A DNA stretch of 64,000 nt, from positions 992,001 to 1,056,000 of the forward strand of contig CP120453.1 of assembly GCA_034226945.1 (NCBI GenBank), read 5' to 3'. Below are positions 48,146 to 58,482 of the stretch, in pieces. Made by a program: the position numbers and the translations under genes. Source of the stretch: Picochlorum sp. SENEW3 (Eukaryota). A model generated the notes under the pieces. The model had not been told where the DNA came from. It did no database searches and saw only the letters and a program-made list of their open reading frames with translations. Each line of letters opens with the position of its first letter. Within the stretch, counting starts at the first letter, position 1.

Positions 48146-49606
48146 ATGAATCCATATAACAGAGTTCAGCAAATCTCTAATAGAACTGCGTTGCATTCTC
48201 CATCTGTTCGGCTATTCACAGGGCCAAAAGTGGCAGGGAGAGCTCAGGCAAGGGTACCAAGATCTTTCTTTCGTATGCTTAATGGCTCTTTTAGCGACGA
48301 AGAAGGGAATTCTGCTGCAGAGGCCACTCCAGTGGAAGGCTTGCCCATTGCTGACAAAAAGCTTCGGGACTACACTGAGGTGGCCTACATGACAGGCAGG
48401 GCAAAGGTGGTCAATGAGCATTTCTCGTCTGCTCTTGGGATTGATGACTTTTTGAATCGTCTTGAGATCGCACTGTATGCGTACGGAATCAATGGCGATA
48501 ATTCTATTGCCATGGTGAATCTGTGCCGTGATGAGATTACACAGAGCTTGAAGAATAAGATTGATTTGGTGTTTGGATCTTCATTTAACACGAATGGACT
48601 TGGTGGTGTATTGACGTGTGGAGTTACAGGAGTGTCAGCAGGTCTCTCTCATGCGCCTGTATCAAAGGGGTCTGGGAAGGAAAGATATGTCTTCTTCTCT
48701 TTCCCTCACATTTCAATCGATGCAACTGGAGACATTGGAGCAGTTTCAAGACCGGGGAGGCCAGGAGCGTCTTGTGCATGTGGTGCATTGAACAAAGCCT
48801 TGATAGATATTAAGACGGAGGGGGTCGACGTCAATTGCAAAATTCCAGGAGTTCATGAGCCATTGGACCCTGAATTCACCATTTTGAAACAGAGATTGGC
48901 CCGTCGTCTTCGATATGACGGGCTTGGAGACGACTATGTTTCTTCGATGAATTTGGTTCAACTGACAAAGGTTGCAGAAAGGACTATTTCAGATGATTTG
49001 AATTACTTGATATCTCAGACTGTTGATCCCAAGAAGGCAGACTATGCTGTGGTGACAGGCATCCAGATTCACAATTGGGGCACCAAATTCGATGACGACA
49101 GTCCTAATCTGGAATTTATTGCTCCAGTTTCGGTATATGCTGTAGTAAATGGTCATAAGACAAACATTGATTTGAATACGATGCCATCTTTGACGCCTAG
49201 ACAGATTCGAATTCTGGCAGATAGTAGAGGTGGTGCTGATGGGGGGCAATTGGGAGGAAAGGACGATCTTGCATGCAATTCTACAGGATCTTCAACGCTG
49301 AGGGAAATTGAACCGCCATATTTGTATAGTTCCAAACGCGATAGAAGGAGAAAGAGAGAGCAAGCAGCAAAGTATGCAGAATTGATCAGAGAAGAGGGCC
49401 TGAGCCCTGATACAACCTGCACGTGGCCGTCGTGGCAAAGCAGCCTTAAAAAGAAAGCATCAGCATCACCGGAAGATGAAGGAAATTCAGCAATCCATTT
49501 TGACTCAAAGTTCCGTGCTGACCCTGAATTGGATGAGATGTGGTCCAAATTGCAGTCCAAGTATGTTTCACCTGCTGGCACAAGAACAGGGGAGGATGCT
49601 GACTAA
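48146..49606 (+). CDS. LCIB: LCIB/LCIC-family limiting-CO2-inducible protein (carbonic anhydrase-like), with transit peptide
   Basis: ALGIDDFL, NLCRDE, FNTNGLG, ERYVFFSFPHI, ACGAL; Cys/His/Cys Zn ligands present. Confidence 0.92.
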   Translation: MNPYNRVQQISNRTALHSPSVRLFTGPKVAGRAQARVPRSFFRMLNGSFSDEEGNSAAEATPVEGLPIADKKLRDYTEVAYMTGRAKVVNEHFSSALGIDDFLNRLEIALYAYGINGDNSIAMVNLCRDEITQSLKNKIDLVFGSSFNTNGLGGVLTCGVTGVSAGLSHAPVSKGSGKERYVFFSFPHISIDATGDIGAVSRPGRPGASCACGALNKALIDIKTEGVDVNCKIPGVHEPLDPEFTILKQRLARRLRYDGLGDDYVSSMNLVQLTKVAERTISDDLNYLISQTVDPKKADYAVVTGIQIHNWGTKFDDDSPNLEFIAPVSVYAVVNGHKTNIDLNTMPSLTPRQIRILADSRGGADGGQLGGKDDLACNSTGSSTLREIEPPYLYSSKRDRRRKREQAAKYAELIREEGLSPDTTCTWPSWQSSLKKKASASPEDEGNSAIHFDSKFRADPELDEMWSKLQSKYVSPAGTRTGEDAD

Positions 49607-49762
49607 TCCAAACCTAGATATTGTTTTTTTCGGCATTGCCCACAGAAGGCCTTGTATTTGTACAACATTTGTAAAGCATGTCCATTATTTTTGAGAAAGA
49701 AAAAAGACATCGAGGTAGGCCGACTGTTTTTTCGTTGGTGAGGATTGAATCCTCTGAGTACG

Positions 49763-49840
49763 TGGCAAGCGCCTGGGCGTGTGCGGAGCGTGTGTCAATC
49801 GCGCTGCTTCCAACCAGGACGCCCGTGCCTGGCACACGCC
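49763..49840. promoter_or_regulatory. Candidate iron-responsive promoter elements upstream of the transferrin gene
   Basis: CGTGTG at 49778 and 49789, CACACG at 49833, TGGCA at 49763 and 49830; inverted repeat GGCGTGTGC/GCACACGCC. Confidence 0.45.
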
Positions 49841-49946
49841 TGTCCTAGGACTGCGGATGTGAAAAGAATCTGATACCTTGTGTCACTTGAAGAAAAATTG
49901 AAATATATTTGGACCGATTGATCTTACATATTTGATCCTAATCGCG

Positions 49947-52432
49947 ATGGTGCGTGCATTGAGTGGTATCTGCGCATTGACCCGGGTTTGAAGAGAACAG
50001 ACCAAGGCTCTGCTCTTCAGGGAGAAGAAGAATACTCCGTCATCTCTTGCGTTTGTAGCATGCTAACTGTCTGCGTACCGCTACAGGTATCCAAGCATAT
50101 TCTATCGTACAGCGCCGTGGTTTGCGTGCTGCACCTGATGTGCCTACTGCCATCAATAGCTGGTAGGAGGCATTTGTTGCAGGATGCTGCCCAATCTTTC
50201 ACGTTCTGCCTTCCCCTACAGGCGTCCGATTACCCCAATATCGTGCAGAAATGCAATGATGCATTCGCGCTTGTCCAAGGGTCGCAGATCACGTGCATGG
50301 CTGCGGGAAGCATTGATGGGTGTGTGGCTGCAATCAACAATGGTCAGGCAGATTTCACCAAAATGGGCCCATCCGATGCCTTCATCGCCAATCGCGAGTA
50401 CGGTCTCGAGCCTCTCCTAACCGAATACTATGGAGGAGACGCCGGAAACAGCTACTACGGTGTCGCCGTGGTGCGCAAGGAATTCTGCGATGGCAATCAG
50501 GTGACTTTGGCTGATCTCAAGGGCACGCGCTCCTGCCACACCGGCTATCGCAAGACGTCTGGATGGACCATTCCTGTGGGCTTCATGACCGACAACGGCA
50601 TCATGGAGGTGGTGAACAATGATGACGGTGTGCCAAACGATGTGGAGACTGTCGCATCCTTCTTCTCGCAGACATGTGCTCCAGGAAGCGAGTACAGCCA
50701 GCTCTGCACGGCGTGTGGTGGGGATTGCTCTGAGTCTAACGACCCGTATGCTGATTACGAGGGCTCTGTGAGGGGACTGATGGAGGATGCGTGTGACGTT
50801 GCATTCACGAAGCAATCCATCGTGCCCACAGTGGCATCTGATGGTTCTGACCCAGCATCATGGGCAACACTGAAGATGGACGATCTGCGCCTGGTGTGTC
50901 CGCTAGGAGGCTGCCAGCCAGTGACAGATTGGAAGGCATGCAACCTTGCAGCGATTCCTTCCCAGGCCTTCATGGGTCCAGCATCTCTTCCAAGCTCTGC
51001 CGGGGGGAAGGCATTGATCTCTTCCTTGGATGCAGCAGGGCAGGATTCTGCTTTTATCAGCGCCGCCAAGAATATTGATGGAAGTGAAGAGATTCTTACA
51101 GATAAGACAGAACGTTTGGATCCAGTCAGCGAAGGTGCAACCTTCATCAATTACCTTGGTCAAGAAACACGACAAGCATATCTAGGCATTGAGCAACTGG
51201 AGGCACCTGAAAGTGGATCGCAGACTACTGGGGGTTCGCTGAGATTCTGTCTTCCCCTTCAAATATCTGATTACCCCAATATCGTGCAGAAATGCAATGA
51301 TGCATTCGCGCTTGTCCAAGGGTCGCAGATCACGTGCATGGCTGCAGGAAGCATTGATGGGTGTGTGGCTGCAATCAACAATGGTCAGGCAGATTTCACC
51401 AAAATGGGCCCATCCGATGCCTTCATCGCCAATCGCGAGTACGGTCTCGAGCCTCTCCTAACCGAATACTATGGAGGAGACGCCGGAAACAGCTACTACG
51501 GTGTCGCCGTGGTGCGCAAGGAATTCTGCGATGGCAATCAGGTGACTTTGGCTGATCTCAAGGGCACGCGCTCCTGCCACACCGGCTATCGCAAGACGTC
51601 TGGATGGACCATTCCTGTGGGCTTCATGACCGACAACGGCATCATGGAGGTGGTGAACAACGACGATGGTGTGCCAAACGATGTGGAGACTGTTGCATCC
51701 TTCTTCTCGCAGACATGTGCTCCAGGAAACGAGTACAGCCAGCTCTGCACGGCGTGTGGTGGAGATTGCTCTGAGTCTGACCCTTACGCTGATTACGAGG
51801 GCTCTGTGAGGGGGCTGATGGAGGATGCATGTGACGTTGCATTCACGAAGCAATCCATTGTGCCCACAGTGGCATCTGATGGTTCTGACCCAGCATCATG
51901 GGCAACACTGAAGATGGACGATCTGCGCCTGGTGTGTCCGCTAGGAGGCTGCCGGCCAGTGACAGATTGGAAGACATGCAACCTTGCAGCGATTCCTTCC
52001 CAGGCCTTCATGGGTCCAGTATCTCTTCCCCGCTCTGCCAAGGGAAAGGCATTGATCTCTTCCTTGAATACAGCAGGACGAGATGCTGCCTTCATCAACG
52101 CTGCCAAGGATATTGACGGAAGTGAAGAGATTCTTACTGGAAACACTCTTCGTTTGGATCCAATCAGTGAAAGCACGTCGTTCATTGACTACCTTGGCAG
52201 AGGAACAAGTCAGGCTTATTTGGGCATTGAGCAGCTGCAGGCCTCTGCGTCTAGCAGTGGCTCTGACGGACTTTCAGGAGGAGCTATTGCAGGTATTGTC
52301 ATTGGATGCCTTGCAGGTGTAGCTTTGATCGCAGGAGCTGGCTTCTTCATCTGGAAAAAGAAAAAAGGCACAGGATCTTCCAGTTATGGAGAATTCAAGG
52401 GGAGTGCAGCTGTCAACCCGTTGACCATCTAA
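49947..52432 (+). CDS. Two-lobed, membrane-anchored transferrin-like protein (ATG-only first exon; intron 49950..50086)
   Basis: Signal peptide plus RRHLLQ; each lobe has CVAAI..GQAD, YYGVAVV, SCHTGY..TSGW, DYEG, DVAF; C-terminal TM GAIAGIVIG... followed by KKKK. Confidence 0.9.
50228..52029 (+). repeat. Near-identical internal duplication (about 50228..50991 vs 51269..52029)
   Basis: Offset 1041 nt; identical off-frame 64-aa ORFs at 50320 and 51361. Confidence 0.95.
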
Positions 52433-52508
52433 AAGTGACTGATATCCCTTGCTTTCAAAATTCATTAGAACCCATCACCAAAGCTATTTACATGATATCT
52501 ATTATTTG

Positions 52509-54065
52509 TTATTGTATCATTGCCTGTATTGATTTCAGGGCAGATACAAATCCATCAAATCTTTTAGCAAATATGTCATCTGTAACGATGTCACATTGTC
52601 CATCCAAACTAATAACCTGGGCGCAATCATCTTGTTCTGGCCAGCTACCAATTAGGCGAACCCGTGCCCGAAGAGACTCGGTTGCTGGAGTCTGTCGGAC
52701 CAAGGGGCAGGTGATCTCATGCATACCATCATCATGTGGCACAGCATCAGGGAATGTTTCTTGTGCGTGCTTCAACAACGCCCTTCGATGATAATACCCC
52801 GACACCTTGGTTCTAATTGCTCCCAGAACATGTTCAATCACAGGCTGGCGATGTGACTGGCGTATTTCATGGACAACATCTGCAACATCGACATCAGCTG
52901 GTGCCATGGCACCCTGCACAACATGACCATTGGATGTGCTCATTTCAAGTTCAATGGTATGCTCCACGGACTCAAAATCACGCAGAGTCTGGACACCAAT
53001 AACAGAGCGAACAGGATATACGGTTTGTAGCCTACATGTCAGCATGTTGCCCTGTGTAATATGGACATTAGAGATGCCACTCACAGCCTGAAGCATCTCC
53101 ACAGTCTCTGTCGCCCACGCAGATGAAGAGGAATACCTGCGCGATTCTTTATGATTAACATTCTGATTCCCTACTGATGCATGCTGCGCCTTCATATCCT
53201 CCAGAGTTTCCCGTGCCACCTCCAGGTCATGACGCATGCCGGGCACCCCACCTTCCATGCTCTTCAGTTCAGTCATACTAGCCAACAACCTCGCCTCCAA
53301 CTCATCAGCCTTTGCAGATTCTTCCTCAATAACCCTCTTACACTCTTTCTCATCCATCCCTGGCTCAATATCCACCGCCATCTGTCCCATCTCTGCATCA
53401 AATGCACGCATCTCCTTTGACAACTCGACCAAATCGTCAAGCGTCGTGGCCGTCTCCTCATCAACCTTGCCCATCATCTCCTCCAATTCATCGATTAATT
53501 TCCCAATATCCTCTTGCTTCTCCGCATTCTTTGCCTTCCAGTCCCTCAACAATGCTATATTCCGCTCTGCCTCCTCATCAAACTGCTGCAACTGAATATC
53601 CTCCGTCCCGTTTGGCAACCCATCCGCTAATGCAGCGATAAACTCATCCTTGACCTCATAGTGCAAAAACGTATTCTTCAGACTACTAAACTGCCTCTTC
53701 ATCCTCCTCAGATCAGCCTCACCCACACTCACAGACTGTTCTTTTGCAGTCTCCTCAATCGTCGCACGTCTCACCCGGCAATCCTCCCGCATCTTCTCCA
53801 ATGCCCTGCAACAATGCACATACATCATGATACGACACCCGGATGCATACAACCGTTTTCCCCCCAACCAACCAACAACGACATCACCAGGCCCGTACCT
53901 TGCAAAATTATCAGCCGCTGGATTCTTCAACGCCTGAATCACTTCATCAGGGTTAATTTGTTGCATATCATTCAATTGCTGAGACATTTCACCGAAACTC
54001 AGACGTTTGGTCACGAGACCATCGTCTGGGTCATTCGTCAGAGCAACAATGGCGTTATTCTCCAT
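52509..54065 (-). CDS. Coiled-coil protein, possibly kinetochore Sos7/Kre28/Zwint-1-like (in-frame intron 53806..53898)
   Basis: MKRQFSSLKNTFLHYEVKDEFIAAL resembles the Sos7 motif, followed by a long coiled coil and an RWD-like beta-rich C-terminus. Confidence 0.5.
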   Translation of the reverse strand: MENNAIVALTNDPDDGLVTKRLSFGEMSQQLNDMQQINPDEVIQALKNPAADNFARYGPGDVVVGWLGGKRLYASGCRIMMYVHCCRALEKMREDCRVRRATIEETAKEQSVSVGEADLRRMKRQFSSLKNTFLHYEVKDEFIAALADGLPNGTEDIQLQQFDEEAERNIALLRDWKAKNAEKQEDIGKLIDELEEMMGKVDEETATTLDDLVELSKEMRAFDAEMGQMAVDIEPGMDEKECKRVIEEESAKADELEARLLASMTELKSMEGGVPGMRHDLEVARETLEDMKAQHASVGNQNVNHKESRRYSSSSAWATETVEMLQAVSGISNVHITQGNMLTCRLQTVYPVRSVIGVQTLRDFESVEHTIELEMSTSNGHVVQGAMAPADVDVADVVHEIRQSHRQPVIEHVLGAIRTKVSGYYHRRALLKHAQETFPDAVPHDDGMHEITCPLVRQTPATESLRARVRLIGSWPEQDDCAQVISLDGQCDIVTDDIFAKRFDGFVSALKSIQAMIQ

Positions 54066-54550
54066 GATACTCTATATGAATCATTAAAAATCTGTGTTAA
54101 TCATAACAGCAAGGTCTGTGGATGTCCAACAACAATCAATTCCAGAGAATTGTTTCTGGATCCATGTCGGTTACAAACCGTTCCATGAAATGGTACCATA
54201 GGTCCCATCAATCATCCTCTCTGACCGGATACTACTATTACTTTTTATTGGCAGACAAAGAGCAAAGAGGCGCTCTTTCTTTCTTGTTTGGTTGATTCTC
54301 AATTATTAGTTAGCAACAGTGGCATTGTTAATTTCATAGCAGGAGGATCTATCACCAGTGGCTGTCTTTTTGCACTCTCTCAAAGAGCTTTTAATTCTTG
54401 TCGTTCAGAATAATCTTCTTCTCCTTCTTGTTTGTGGAATCAATTGATGCGTGTTTACAGAGAGCAAAAAAGAAAAGAATAGATCATGCGTTCTATAAAG
54501 AAAAAATGCCTGCGCGCGTTTGGTCATAATAACAGACTTCTTCAGACCAT

Positions 54551-55863
54551 ATGACGAGAGGGTTGGGAAACACCTCCAAGCAGGAGGGAGAGGAGGATGG
54601 ATCCATTGGTATTCCCTGGAACATGTATAAACGGTGTTTGATTGTGCTTGTTGCTGTGTTTGGGGTGTGTGTTGGGCTGGTGTGTGTTGTAGAGGGGGGT
54701 GGTCGCATGCCAGAGATGTATGTGCATGGTGCCAGGAGATTGGTACCTCTGACATTGTGGAGACCTCCTGTGACCAGGTGCGTGTGGTCTTTATATATAT
54801 ATGTCATGTATAATATATACCGATATACATCATGGGTTGATGTAGGAGGCAGGATGCATTCATGGCTCCATGGTATGGGTCTCCTGATGCCACAGCAACA
54901 TGTCCTGTAGCATATCATAATGGAAGCTGGACGCGGGATGCTGTTGCGGGCGCAGGATGTCAGGATACTGATGAGTCAATATATGTTGGATGTACGCTTC
55001 TGGCCGAACGGACATGGGCATGGCATGTGGGTGAGGAGAATCCACATCATCCACCAGACTCGGTGCTCACACGGGATGTGTGGAAGGCATCCTGTCCCTG
55101 GATTGCATTTATCGGCGATTCCATCGCCAGAAAAGTGTTGATTTCTCTTCTAAAAAGTATACAGGTTGATCAAGAGCACCTTATCTTTGATCGACACGCA
55201 GATTACGAATACAAGGATGACAGTGTGAAGGCCACTCTGCATTGGGCACCGTTTCCACAGAATGCAACGGCGCTTCTCAACAGATGGGCACGAAAGGAGA
55301 CTGATATTGCACCAGATGTTGTAGTCATTTCCGTGAGTCTATGGCACATGCTGCATATCCACAACACATCCCTCTTTGAGAGCAGTCTTGCTGACCTGCA
55401 TGATGCCATCATCAAGCATCGCCATGCGCATGATGGTCATACTCGGTATTTTTTCATGTCGTCGCCAGAAGTGTATCATGATCATCTCAAGTCCCTTGAA
55501 AAGAAAAAGTACATGACGTATTCCAACACGGATGCATACAATAGAATCCTGGTGGAATCAGGTGTGTTTATGGAGCATGGCCATGGTGGTCCATGCACCA
55601 TGCTGGATGTGTTTCGAATCACTCATGGTACGTCTTCTTCTTGTTCTCATTTGGTTCGTAGCTGCCATTGATCATCTTTTTCATCCTGGTGATTGGTGAT
55701 CATGATGCTGGTTGGAATATCGATCCTCATGCCTCAACTCGTTCACATTGGAATTGCAGACTGCGGGGCCGAGTGTAGTCTAGATGGCATACACTCTCGT
55801 GATTCAGTATACAATGTTCTCGTCCTCACAATGTTCAATATATTGAAATATTGTACGAGATAG
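54551..55863 (+). CDS. SGNH/PC-esterase-type (TBL/CAS1-like) polysaccharide O-acyltransferase or esterase, type II membrane (introns 54778..54845, 55628..55759)
   Basis: N-terminal TM; WIAFIGDS; the spliced last exon supplies DGIH (DxxH). Confidence 0.78.
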
Positions 55864-55969
55864 AGCAAGGGTTTCTACATATTTAGTAAAAGAACGAGCC
55901 TCGGACTGTCACTCGAAGACACGTCAACGACGAAAGAAAACCCCGAAGAAGAAATATCTATACAGCGAT

Positions 55970-56599
55970 ATGGGTCGACTTGTTGGCGGAATAAATGGTA
56001 ATTTGAAGGATCAGCTGGTCTTCTATGGGTCATACCATAACAATCCCATCAACCAGCTCATCCATTTTGTCTTTGTCCCGACCATACTCTGGACTGTCTC
56101 GGTATGGTTGGCCTACACACCTAGTGTACTTGGTCAGTATAGTAGCAGTTCTGAAGGCTGTGTGATGCTCCAATGGGCGATACCGAATGCCTCATTGGGT
56201 CTGATTGCAGCATACTCTGTATACTACATGGTTCTGGACATGTGTGCTGGAATGACGTGGACAGTGTTGGTTGGGATACCAATCTGGATATCATCAGAAG
56301 CATTCCGTGCGAATGTGACAGATGCATGGGTGTGGGCATTGGGGTTGCACGTGTTTTCCTGGTTTATGCAGATTTATCCAGGGCATGCCCTGGCAGAGGG
56401 ACGCAAGCCTGCCCTGATAGACTCGTTCGTTCAGAGTTTATTGTTAGCACCATTATTCGTATGGTTTGAGCTACTGTTTCTATTAGGATACAAGAAACAG
56501 TTTCGTAACGAGGTGCAGAGTGACATTGATAGAGATATTGCTCAAGCAACTGGACAAGCACAGAGCAAGGATCCACTCTTGTCTTCAAACGACTCGTAG
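55970..56599 (+). CDS. Mpo1/DUF962 ER membrane protein (2-hydroxy fatty acid dioxygenase-like)
   Basis: FYGSYHNNPINQLIH; QIYPGH..EGRKPAL. Confidence 0.88.
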   Translation: MGRLVGGINGNLKDQLVFYGSYHNNPINQLIHFVFVPTILWTVSVWLAYTPSVLGQYSSSSEGCVMLQWAIPNASLGLIAAYSVYYMVLDMCAGMTWTVLVGIPIWISSEAFRANVTDAWVWALGLHVFSWFMQIYPGHALAEGRKPALIDSFVQSLLLAPLFVWFELLFLLGYKKQFRNEVQSDIDRDIAQATGQAQSKDPLLSSNDS

Positions 56600-56652
56600 A
56601 TTATTATTATTATTACTGCACTGTTTATAGATAAATATTACATTGTTTTTAT

Positions 56653-57096
56653 TTATAAGGTAGGTTTTGCTTCAAATCCCATGTCATTCACAGCCTCAAC
56701 CACCCGCTCAAGCTGCTGTGCTGCTTCTCCAAAAGACTCTGCAGTCAATGCCACCGTCACTTTCTTTGCCTCCAGATCAGCCTTGGCAGACTCGACGATA
56801 TCCATCTTCTCTAACCCTTCCTCTACTCGAGATGTGCATCCATCGCATACCATACCATCCACAGCAATATCAACTTCAATGATACTGTCCGATGCAGCAA
56901 TGCAGTGCTGCTGTTGCCCTATCGATGCTCTTCTGGTGAAGAATTTATTCACAGTACATCTCTTTAATGTAGTATTGGGTTTAGTATATGGGGCTGCATG
57001 CCATTGGGTGTGTGTTCGCCATGGCGACCCAACATTACCTTGCAAGGCTGTGTTTCTGACGACTGACGCTCGGATTCTTTGAATTAATGACGACAT
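56653..57096 (-). CDS. Organelle-targeted HMA-domain metallochaperone (Cu)
   Basis: Transit-peptide-like N-terminus; VDGMVCDGC (GMxCxxC). Confidence 0.85.
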   Translation of the reverse strand: MSSLIQRIRASVVRNTALQGNVGSPWRTHTQWHAAPYTKPNTTLKRCTVNKFFTRRASIGQQQHCIAASDSIIEVDIAVDGMVCDGCTSRVEEGLEKMDIVESAKADLEAKKVTVALTAESFGEAAQQLERVVEAVNDMGFEAKPTL

Positions 57097-57540
57097 GGTT
57101 ATTAGAAATCTTACTTATAATTATTTATGGGCCGAGATGGTTGTTTGATACAGTACTCGAGCCTTTTTTTCTAATCAAACAGACGGGCAGATCTGGCAGT
57201 GCAGATATGTACTGTGACCCACACTCATTTACAATGAATTCATCGATAGATTGATGATGCTTTGAGGATACGAGAATGGAAGAATGTTCTGGTGGTGGAA
57301 AGGCGTATGATTACATGCTGATGATCATCTCAATAATATTGCAGTGGTCAGTGGAGGGAATGGACAATGGTCGCCTTCACTGCCAGTGGCATGATGATGA
57401 TGGTAATAATAATGGTAAGAAGAACAAGTCCTCAATGATGTTTGATTTTTGAATGCAGAAGTGACAAGTTTTTTTTTCTGTTCTCTCGTTTCTCTCTCTC
57501 TATCGTTGTACGAATAGGAGCGTCTTGATGCAAGACATGC

Positions 57541-58482
57541 TTAATAAAATTTGTTTCCACGGTTTCCACCTCCAGGTCGCTTGGTACAATCATATCCTTT
57601 GCGGATTCGACCGACGCACTTGTTCTTTTTGAAGGTGTTATTTCTTCCCTCTCCGCGAATAGTTTGTGATGTTTTGAAAAAGTCTTGCTTGGCGTTCTTG
57701 CCGACGTTTCCTTCAATCAGGTACCCATTACCCTTGACGTTGATGAGGGAGACGGCATGCTTGCAGCCGCACAAATTGCGGCCATCCAGGATATTGCCCT
57801 TGACAACTCCATTTCTGGTGTTCTCTTTGACGTCAATTGGTTCTGCGGTCACTCCTGGACCGATTTTATTATAAAGAATTTTATTTCCCACGCATTTGTC
57901 ATTGGGTGTGTTTCTGGAGCTGGATCCGAGGTAGATACCCTCACCCACACCCTTGTTTCTCCTGCCAGTCTTTGTAATACGGCAGTTCTTCACCGTATTA
58001 TAATGACTTCTGTATTGGATATGGATGGCTTCAGAAAGTGTTTGTGTGACGGTCACACTATCAAGTGTGCAATGTTTTGCGCCTTCGAGGCGAATACCTT
58101 TCAAGGCATTCTTGACTGTGATTCCAACAATGTTGATGTACTTGGACTTGTGAATCCTGAGTCCAATGCCACCCTTGGCGTCTACAACAGCTTTTGATGT
58201 CCCACAAAGTGTGATGGGTCTCCATTTGTTTCCCTTCTTGCGGCTGAAATCAACTCTTCTCCACTTGCCGCCTCTGATGACATTGTTGTACTTTCCATCT
58301 CCCATGAGAATCAAATCGCCTGGTCTCGCGGTATGAACAGCTTTTGCAAACTGCTGGTTATTCTTCACCCAAACTTTCCTTGTATGGCGGTACTTTTCGC
58401 ATTTTGGATCCGTGTATGCAAAGACGGAAGGCAGCAACACCAAGAAAAGGATGCACAACATGGCAGTTTGATGCATCAACAT
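57541..58482 (-). CDS. Secreted, very basic right-handed beta-helix (pectate-lyase-like) protein of bacterial type
   Basis: Signal peptide; ARPGDLI..DGKY, PITL, GEGIYLGS, IGPGVTAEPIDVKE, INVKGNGY; no introns. Confidence 0.8.
   Translation of the reverse strand: MLMHQTAMLCILFLVLLPSVFAYTDPKCEKYRHTRKVWVKNNQQFAKAVHTARPGDLILMGDGKYNNVIRGGKWRRVDFSRKKGNKWRPITLCGTSKAVVDAKGGIGLRIHKSKYINIVGITVKNALKGIRLEGAKHCTLDSVTVTQTLSEAIHIQYRSHYNTVKNCRITKTGRRNKGVGEGIYLGSSSRNTPNDKCVGNKILYNKIGPGVTAEPIDVKENTRNGVVKGNILDGRNLCGCKHAVSLINVKGNGYLIEGNVGKNAKQDFFKTSQTIRGEGRNNTFKKNKCVGRIRKGYDCTKRPGGGNRGNKFY

Noticed and set aside
57252..57321. Possible C/D-box snoRNA (TGATGA...CTGA)
   Set aside because: The region is rich in GAT repeats, so the boxes arise by chance. 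No convincing terminal stem or recognisable rRNA guide.
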